The translations under genes were made by a program, and so were the position numbers. Below the pieces are notes generated by a model that was given only the letters and a program-made list of their open reading frames with translations, ran no database searches and had not been told where the DNA came from. A DNA stretch of 64,000 bases, from contig JBMNQN010000005.1 of NCBI GenBank assembly GCA_050944155.1, positions 26,398 through 90,397 of the forward strand, written 5' to 3'. Shown here piece after piece: positions 57,852 through 64,000 of this stretch; positions within the stretch are counted from its first letter, which is position 1, and every line of letters starts with the position of its first letter. The DNA is from Candidatus Methanomethylophilaceae archaeon. GTDB taxonomy: Archaea > Thermoplasmatota > Thermoplasmata > Methanomassiliicoccales > Methanomethylophilaceae.

Positions 57852-59237
57852 ATGGCCGCCCGGCTTTTCGGTACCAACGGAGTGCGCGGCATCGTCAACG
57901 AGTCGCTGACTTCGGATATGGCCATGCAGCTCGGAAAGGCCATAGGAAAGATTGTCGGAGGGACCGTTGCCACGGCCACAGACACAAGATCGTCGGGGGA
58001 CATGCTCCGCACCGCGGTGTCCGCGGGACTGATGGCGGTCGGAGCGAACGTTCTGTATCTGGGAACCGTTCCCACGCCCGCTCTCCAGTATTACGTGAAG
58101 ACGCACGACGACGTGAGCGGCGGAATAATGATCACTGCTTCCCACAACCCTCCCCAGTTTAACGGAATAAAGTTCATCTCGGGCGACGGTACCGAGGCAA
58201 GCAGGGAAGAAGAAACCCATATCGAAGAGGCGTACGAAACCGAAATACCCACGGTTGCCTGGGACGAAACCGGAACAATGGATCACGTTAACGGAGCCGG
58301 AGAGGCATACATAGACGCGGTAATTTCCAACGTCGATGCGGAACTGATCAGAAAATCCAAGCTCACCGCGTGCCTGGACTGTGCCAACGGTGCGGGATAC
58401 AAGACGGCACCGCTTCTTCTCAAGAAACTGAACGTCAAAACCGTAACTCTCAACTGCAACGCACAGGGCGAAGCGCCCGGTCGTCCCAGCGAACCCACGG
58501 AAGAAAACCTTGCGGATCTGATTTACCTGGTGAAGAAGAAAAAAGTGTCTCTGGGAATCGCCCACGACGGCGACGCGGACCGTTGCGTATTCATCGCCGA
58601 CGGAGGAAAATACGTGAGCGGAGACAAGAGTCTGGCACTTTTGGCGAAAGCCGAACTTGCCAAGGGCAAGGGCAAAGTCGTCACACCCGTAAGTTCGTCT
58701 TCTCTGGTCGAAGAAGTGGTCACCGACGCGGGAGGGATACTGAAGTACACTGCAGTCGGATCCCCCGTGGTTGCCAGAAAAATGAAGGAATACGACGCGA
58801 TTTTCGGCGGCGAGGAAAACGGAGGACTGATTTTCCCCGATATGCAGTACTGCAGGGACGGTGCCATGACCGCGGCGAAAATGCTGGAAACGATTGCCCG
58901 CAACGGCTCGCTGTCCAAGCAGCTGAAACTTCTGCCGGTATACTATACCCAGAAGAGAAAACTCGAATGCCCGGACAACATGAAACAGGCGGTAATCAAC
59001 TATCTGAAAAAGAGCGTCGGAGACATCAAAACGGACACGACGGACGGTCTTAAGATAATATACGACGACGGATGGGTATTGGCAAGACCTTCGGGCACCG
59101 AGCCCATCTTCAGGATATATTCCGAGTCCAAGGACGAAGCGGTATCGGTAGAACGCGCCAACGAATATGAAACGCGGGTTGCGAAATTCCTCGACCCGGA
59201 TGCGGTACTGGATCTTCCCGAACCGAATCAGCAGTAA
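57852..59237 (+). CDS. glmM: Phosphohexomutase (phosphoglucosamine/phosphomannomutase family)
   Basis: LFGTNGVRG, TASHNP, DGDADR, GEENGG, RPSGTEP. Confidence 0.9.
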   Translation: MAARLFGTNGVRGIVNESLTSDMAMQLGKAIGKIVGGTVATATDTRSSGDMLRTAVSAGLMAVGANVLYLGTVPTPALQYYVKTHDDVSGGIMITASHNPPQFNGIKFISGDGTEASREEETHIEEAYETEIPTVAWDETGTMDHVNGAGEAYIDAVISNVDAELIRKSKLTACLDCANGAGYKTAPLLLKKLNVKTVTLNCNAQGEAPGRPSEPTEENLADLIYLVKKKKVSLGIAHDGDADRCVFIADGGKYVSGDKSLALLAKAELAKGKGKVVTPVSSSSLVEEVVTDAGGILKYTAVGSPVVARKMKEYDAIFGGEENGGLIFPDMQYCRDGAMTAAKMLETIARNGSLSKQLKLLPVYYTQKRKLECPDNMKQAVINYLKKSVGDIKTDTTDGLKIIYDDGWVLARPSGTEPIFRIYSESKDEAVSVERANEYETRVAKFLDPDAVLDLPEPNQQ

Positions 59238-59246
59238 TCGGCGGAA

Positions 59247-60104
59247 TCACAGGTTCTTGCCGTAAACGGCGAGAGCTTCGTTGACCATTCTGGCAGCCAG
59301 AATGGACGTTATACCGGACGGATCCGCGGGAGGGCAGACTTCGGTAACGTCGAATCCCGCGAGTCTTCCGCCGATTATGTTTATCGCTTTCTTTACGTCG
59401 ATCGGACGGAGTCCGAAAGGCTCAGGAGTTCCGGTTCCCGGAGCGTAAGCCGGATCGATTCCGTCTATATCCAGAGTCAGATACACCTTCTCGCTTCTGA
59501 CGGAATCAAGGGCGGTTTTCACTGCGTACTCGATTCCTCTGTCCATGACCTCGTAGGAACTTACGAAAGGAACCGGTTCTTCGTGCGTCAGTTCTTCTTC
59601 GCCTATGGCTCTCGCGCCGATTACGAATACGTTGTCGATGCCGCAGTGTTCCGCGGCGCGCCTCATAACGCATGCGTGGCTCTCCCGCACGCCCATGTAT
59701 TCGTCCCTGGAGTCCAGATGCGCGTCTATAGATATCACCGCAATCTCGTTTTCGGGGAAACACTGCAGAACCGGAACGGTTACGGAGTGCTCTCCTCCCA
59801 GAATAATCGTGAATTTGCCGTCCTTCACCGCCGGTCCGGCGGCGAATTTGACCTCCGAGTACATATCCTGCGGAAGAGTGAAATCGTCGGTGTTTCCGTA
59901 ATCGAAAACCGACGGCCTGTAACTTTCGATTCCGTGTTCGAAATGGAATTCTTCGAAATTGTAGGAAGCGCGGCGTATGGCGTCAGGACCTTCTCTGGCA
60001 CCTGCTTTGAAACAGGCCGTGTGGTCGTATCTTACGCCGAACAGGAACGCGTCGGCTTCCTCATATTCGGAGTCGGCGCCCGCATACGTCAGTCCGTACG
60101 ACAT
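59247..60104 (-). CDS. speB: Agmatinase
   Basis: GGEHS, DAHLD, SHA, DIDGIDP..APGTGTPEP. Confidence 0.93.
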   Translation of the reverse strand: MSYGLTYAGADSEYEEADAFLFGVRYDHTACFKAGAREGPDAIRRASYNFEEFHFEHGIESYRPSVFDYGNTDDFTLPQDMYSEVKFAAGPAVKDGKFTIILGGEHSVTVPVLQCFPENEIAVISIDAHLDSRDEYMGVRESHACVMRRAAEHCGIDNVFVIGARAIGEEELTHEEPVPFVSSYEVMDRGIEYAVKTALDSVRSEKVYLTLDIDGIDPAYAPGTGTPEPFGLRPIDVKKAINIIGGRLAGFDVTEVCPPADPSGITSILAARMVNEALAVYGKNL

Positions 60105-60108
60105 GCGT

Positions 60109-60486
60109 TTACATCAGCTTCTGTCTGCCCATGGCAACGAGATACATAATCTCAGCACCCTCTTCGAGGTTGCAGGTGTGGTCTTCGTTTATGGGCATGC
60201 TGAACGTCTCGTAGGTTTCCAGATCCATAATCTGAACTTCGTCGCCGAGAAGGGTAAGAACCTGACCCTTTCTTTTATCGATCATCGGCACCTGGACTTT
60301 GGTGCTGACGGGTCCGACCAGACTCTTCTTCGCGCCGGTGAATATACTCACGGCTTCGATGTTGGCTTTGGCGGATCCGTGCTTTCCGGGCTTGGACATG
60401 CTTATCGATACGATTTTGCAGGGCTCTTCGTCTATGTTCACATAGCGGCCTTCTTTGAGCTCTCTGATTTCTTTGGTTTCCCACAT
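60109..60486 (-). CDS. eif5a: Translation factor aIF5A
   Basis: SKPGKHGSAK hypusination loop. Confidence 0.96.
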   Translation of the reverse strand: MWETKEIRELKEGRYVNIDEEPCKIVSISMSKPGKHGSAKANIEAVSIFTGAKKSLVGPVSTKVQVPMIDKRKGQVLTLLGDEVQIMDLETYETFSMPINEDHTCNLEEGAEIMYLVAMGRQKLM

Positions 60487-60569
60487 GTTATTGACCTCTA
60501 GGTTTTAGGACGGCGTATATTCCGCCGTATCAACTGAGCCTGTTATGTTCCCTATTATAATAATACTTT

Positions 60570-61655
60570 TCAGGCACGGGGTGTTTTCGGCCTTCTTTTC
60601 GGATTTTTGGATTTACCCGTTTTCTTCTTCTTCGGAGGATCCGGATATCTGCGGGTAACGTCCTCTACGCGTTTTTCGAATTCTTTCAGCAGGTCGTCTC
60701 CGCAGTATTCTCCTTTGAAACAATCCACCTTTGCGGCGATGAGAGTCTTTCCCGCAAGCGATCTGGCTATTTTGCCTCTCAGCCAATAGGGTGCTCTGTG
60801 GACGGCGGGATGCTGATATATCACTCCGTGCTTCGGGGGTCTTTTTCCGGATCTGAGGTGTCTGAACATGGCTTTTTCCGCACCCAGCAGCTGTACCGTG
60901 GACGACGGAAGGGATGCCAGTCTGTCCAAACCTCCCGACAGGGATATGAGACGCGCCGCCAGAGGCCCGCCCAGGAGAGCGCACATGTTGGGGCAGGTTT
61001 CCGAGACTATCTCTTCGATGTATTCTTCGGTGCGGTCTCTTTCGTCGTACAGTCCGCATACGGTTTCCGCCAGGGCTCTGACGGAATCCATGTCCTCGGT
61101 TCCGAAGTCCGCACCCATGGACTGTATGTCAAGACCCAGTTCTTCGATAATACCTTCCCTGTCTCCGTGGGCGGCAATGAGTTCCGAATATTTTCTGTCC
61201 TTGGCAACGTCCGCGAGTTCGGGAAAATGCATTCCGTACCATTCGTGCAGTCTCTCGTCCAGAAGATTGCAGGTTTCGAAAAGACTGTCCAGATATCTTA
61301 TGGCCTGAACCAGATTTTTGTCTCTGGACACGGGTTCGGAGGTTCTGAGCTTTCCCAGGCGTATCATCACGTCATGCATGAATCCGGAATTGAATCCGTA
61401 CTTTTCGGGCGTGATATGGGACGAATCGTAAAATTCGGGGCGTCCCAGCTCCGACTGTCTTCTTTCGGATACGGATACCCTGCCGGCCTTTTCGGCAAGT
61501 TCCTTCTCTTCGGGAAGAATCTCTCCCCTCTGTATGCGTGCCAGTTTCTCCGCCGTCTCGGCGGCGTCCCTGGGCATTAAGATGTTGTCCAGAACCCTTC
61601 CGGTTTTCTCGTCGCACAGAAACACGCCGAACCATTTGGTAACCAGCACGGCCAA
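60570..61655 (-). CDS. nop5: C/D box sRNP core protein Nop5
   Basis: RLHEWYG.HFPEL, PSSTVQLLGAEKAMFRHL, PPKHGVIYQHP, RGKIAR. Confidence 0.94.
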   Translation of the reverse strand: MAVLVTKWFGVFLCDEKTGRVLDNILMPRDAAETAEKLARIQRGEILPEEKELAEKAGRVSVSERRQSELGRPEFYDSSHITPEKYGFNSGFMHDVMIRLGKLRTSEPVSRDKNLVQAIRYLDSLFETCNLLDERLHEWYGMHFPELADVAKDRKYSELIAAHGDREGIIEELGLDIQSMGADFGTEDMDSVRALAETVCGLYDERDRTEEYIEEIVSETCPNMCALLGGPLAARLISLSGGLDRLASLPSSTVQLLGAEKAMFRHLRSGKRPPKHGVIYQHPAVHRAPYWLRGKIARSLAGKTLIAAKVDCFKGEYCGDDLLKEFEKRVEDVTRRYPDPPKKKKTGKSKNPKRRPKTPRA

Positions 61656-61659
61656 AAAA

Positions 61660-62265
61660 TCACATCCTATCCAGTTTCTTGATTTCCGATGCGGGAAGAG
61701 GTCTGGCTCTTCCGGTTATTATCTGAAGTTTTGCCTGGAATTCCAATTCTTCCATGCGGTTGTAGGCCTCTTCCAGGGTTTTCCCCTGGGTAATCGCGCC
61801 GTGGCGTGCCATAATCATTGCTTTCGCATTGTGATTGGAAGCGACGGCTTCCGCCAGTTCTTCCGATCCCGGCGTGAAATAGGGAATCACGGGGACCTTT
61901 CCCAGCAGAATTATTCCCTCGGGAGTGAGTTCGGTTTTTACCGCCGTGCCTTTGACCGCCAGGGAAGTGCACCAGAGAGGATGGCAGTGTACGACGGCCC
62001 TCGTTTCTTCATTCAGTCTGTAAAGTGCCAGATGCATCTTGGATTCCATCGACGGCTTCCCGTCTCCGATGACCGTGCCGTCCGTATCCATGAGAACCAG
62101 TTCGTCCGGTTCCAGCAGACCTTTGTTCCGTCCGCTGGGCGTAATCAGAATTTTTCCGTCGCCGATCATGAGGCTCATGTTGCCTCCGGCGGAAACCGTA
62201 AGATTTCTGTCGTAAAGCAGTCTGCAGAACTTCACGAGTTCTCTCCGCCCGCGGACTTCGTTCAT
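61660..62265 (-). CDS. Class II aldolase/adducin family protein (FucA/Ald2-like)
   Basis: GGNMS, ITPSG, PSMESKMH, HCHP, RHG; ATG at 62265 overlaps the mtnA stop. Confidence 0.88.
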   Translation of the reverse strand: MNEVRGRRELVKFCRLLYDRNLTVSAGGNMSLMIGDGKILITPSGRNKGLLEPDELVLMDTDGTVIGDGKPSMESKMHLALYRLNEETRAVVHCHPLWCTSLAVKGTAVKTELTPEGIILLGKVPVIPYFTPGSEELAEAVASNHNAKAMIMARHGAITQGKTLEEAYNRMEELEFQAKLQIITGRARPLPASEIKKLDRM

Positions 62266-63257
62266 TTTTTCACCTTCCGGATTTCCTCGGGCTTCAGGAT
62301 TCCTTCTTCGGTGATGAACCCCGTAACCATTTCGGCGGGTGTGACGTCGAAGGAAGGATTCATAGCTCTCGAACCTTCGGGTGCTATCCTTTTTCCGTAT
62401 ATCTCGGTGACTTCCTTTTCGCTTCTTTCCTCTATCACGATATCCTTTCCCGTCTCCGTCGAAAAGTCGAAGGTCGACACCGGAGCGGCAACGTAAAACG
62501 GAATTCCGAAATGTTTTGCGGCTATCGCTTTGTCGAACGTTCCGATTTTGTTGGCGAAATCTCCGTTTGCCGCTATGCGGTCCGCTCCCGTGATTATCAG
62601 GTCGACGCCTTTGGACATGTAGTACGCGGAAGCGCCGTCGGGTATTATCGCGTGTTCGATTCCCTCCTGGAGAAGTTCCCACGCCGTGAGTTGCATTCCC
62701 TGAAGACGGGGTCTGGTTTCGGAAACGTAAACGAAGAATTTTTTTCCGTTGTTATGGGCCACCCTCATGGGAGCCAGTGCCGTACCCACGTCCACGGTTG
62801 CGAGGGCACCGGCGTTGCAGTGGGTCATTACCCTGGAACCGTTTTCGATAAGACCTTCTCCGAATTTTCCTATCGCCGAACATTTGTCCACAATACTCTG
62901 AGCGTACACGTCGGCCGCTTTCACTGGGTCTTCGGTTTTCAAAGCATCCGTCATATAATCCACCGCATAGAACAGGTCGTAAGCGGTGGGTCTTGCCGAT
63001 TTTATTTCTGCGGCGGCTTTCTTAAGGTCCTTTTTCTCCAGGGCCGCGAGGCACATGCCGTATGCGGCGGCGGCCCCTATGGAAGGCGCTCCCCTCACGG
63101 TCATGTTCTTTATCGCTTCCGCAACTTCCCCGTAACTTCCGAACGAAACGAATTTCAGATTTCCCGGAAGTTCTCTCTGATCTATCATTCTGACCCTGCC
63201 GTCTTCGAACCAAACGGCACGGATGTCCTTTTCCCCGTCAGTAAGTTTGACTTTCAT
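62262..63257 (-). CDS. mtnA: S-methyl-5-thioribose-1-phosphate isomerase
   Basis: IDQR.LP, MTVRGAP.IG, ARPTA, THCNAGALAT, ETRP.LQG..LTAWEL, GADRIA.NGD.ANKIGT. Confidence 0.93.
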   Translation of the reverse strand: MKVKLTDGEKDIRAVWFEDGRVRMIDQRELPGNLKFVSFGSYGEVAEAIKNMTVRGAPSIGAAAAYGMCLAALEKKDLKKAAAEIKSARPTAYDLFYAVDYMTDALKTEDPVKAADVYAQSIVDKCSAIGKFGEGLIENGSRVMTHCNAGALATVDVGTALAPMRVAHNNGKKFFVYVSETRPRLQGMQLTAWELLQEGIEHAIIPDGASAYYMSKGVDLIITGADRIAANGDFANKIGTFDKAIAAKHFGIPFYVAAPVSTFDFSTETGKDIVIEERSEKEVTEIYGKRIAPEGSRAMNPSFDVTPAEMVTGFITEEGILKPEEIRKVKK

Positions 63258-63465
63258 TTGCCAACGCCGTAACATAATGCGGTGCCGTTATATTTTTTGT
63301 CCGATTTTCCAATCCCGGCCGACCCGAAAGGAACAGAAACCGCCCAGAGAATCACTAAAAAGATGCGCGGAGAGGTTTCATCCAGGCTTCGATACACGTC
63401 CGAGAGGGCTCCGAGATATATACTCAACAGTAAATTTAATTAAAGACGATGCAGCATAACAAGAT

Positions 63466-64000
63466 ATGGACGTGAACCAGCAGGGTTCGGAGAATTTTGA
63501 CATATATCTGGCGGCCGAAAAGACATAATTCCCGTTGTACAGGTTTCGGACCCCCTGCAGACGTGCATTCTCAGAATGGTTGCCGAGAGGCCGATGTTCG
63601 CAACCGAAATTTCGGAAAGGAGCGGAAGGGCCCAGTCTACGGTTTCCTCTCATCTGGATTCTCTCACGTCGAGGCTTCTTCTGGAATGCACTTCGGACCC
63701 CGCGGACTGTCGCAGAAAAATATATTCCCTGAAGGGACAGCCGCTCCTGCATGTCGACTCCTCGGCGAACTGCACCATCGACGAATTCAAAGAAATCTAC
63801 AAAGAGGTTTTTCTTAAGTATTCCAAAAACAAAGAAGAGTTCTACAAGGAATTCTGCTTGGCCCTGGTGATGACGGCCGAGAAAGTAGGAGTGGACGTAT
63901 CGCCTATGATAACGGGCAGTTCGGCACTCATGGCCAGCATATTTGCCGCCGAACACAAAGACGAGACCATCGAGCAGGTGATGGTGCACGTAAAAGAGTA
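63466..64000 (+). pseudogene. ArsR-type winged-helix regulator, possibly with a V4R-type domain; frameshift near 63518-63522; 3' end outside the window
   Basis: ATG 63466 gives MDVNQQGSENFDIYLAAEKT and stops at 63526; the -1 frame continues DIIPVVQVSDPLQTCILRMV...EISERSGRAQSTVSSHLDSL...DPADCRRKIY and is open to the window end. Confidence 0.6.

Noticed and set aside
1-64000. CRISPR arrays, IS elements or integrases, rRNA/tRNA genes, selenocysteine TGA read-through
   Set aside because: No repeat-spacer pattern, transposase or integrase motif, or RNA-gene signature was seen. TGA codons fall at expected protein ends.

Overview
Gene-dense core-genome segment of an archaeon, most likely a Methanomassiliicoccales methanogen (Thermoplasmatota). 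This is inferred from methanogenesis marker protein 11, a 'headless' Fpo complex (fpoABCDHIJ1J2KLMN, no fpoF/fpoO here), folate-type PurH/FolD, split transketolase plus transaldolase, and archaeal information genes (PCNA, TFS, Csl4, Nop5, aIF5A, Nob1, LSm). About 70 CDS cover: the AMP/RuBisCO pathway, ether-lipid genes, SMC-ScpAB, an ABC transporter with no binding protein, MtnA plus a class II aldolase, and several uncharacterised proteins. I saw no tRNA, rRNA, CRISPR array or mobile element. The strongest signal concerns the genetic code. A bacterial-type RNase III gene (21249-21746) has an in-frame TAG between its two catalytic motifs, and none of the ~68 other genes with a visible 3' end stops at TAG. 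This fits TAG being read as pyrrolysine in a protein that is not a methylamine methyltransferase. Other points of interest: CTG start codons, a membrane protein fused to a degenerate Vsr-like domain, a RuBisCO with an altered KDDE motif, a long-chain prenyl synthase plus GGR right after fpoN, a hairpin/U-tract leader before a beta-CASP nuclease, and a frameshifted ArsR-type regulator. All family calls come from motifs read by eye; no database search was run.
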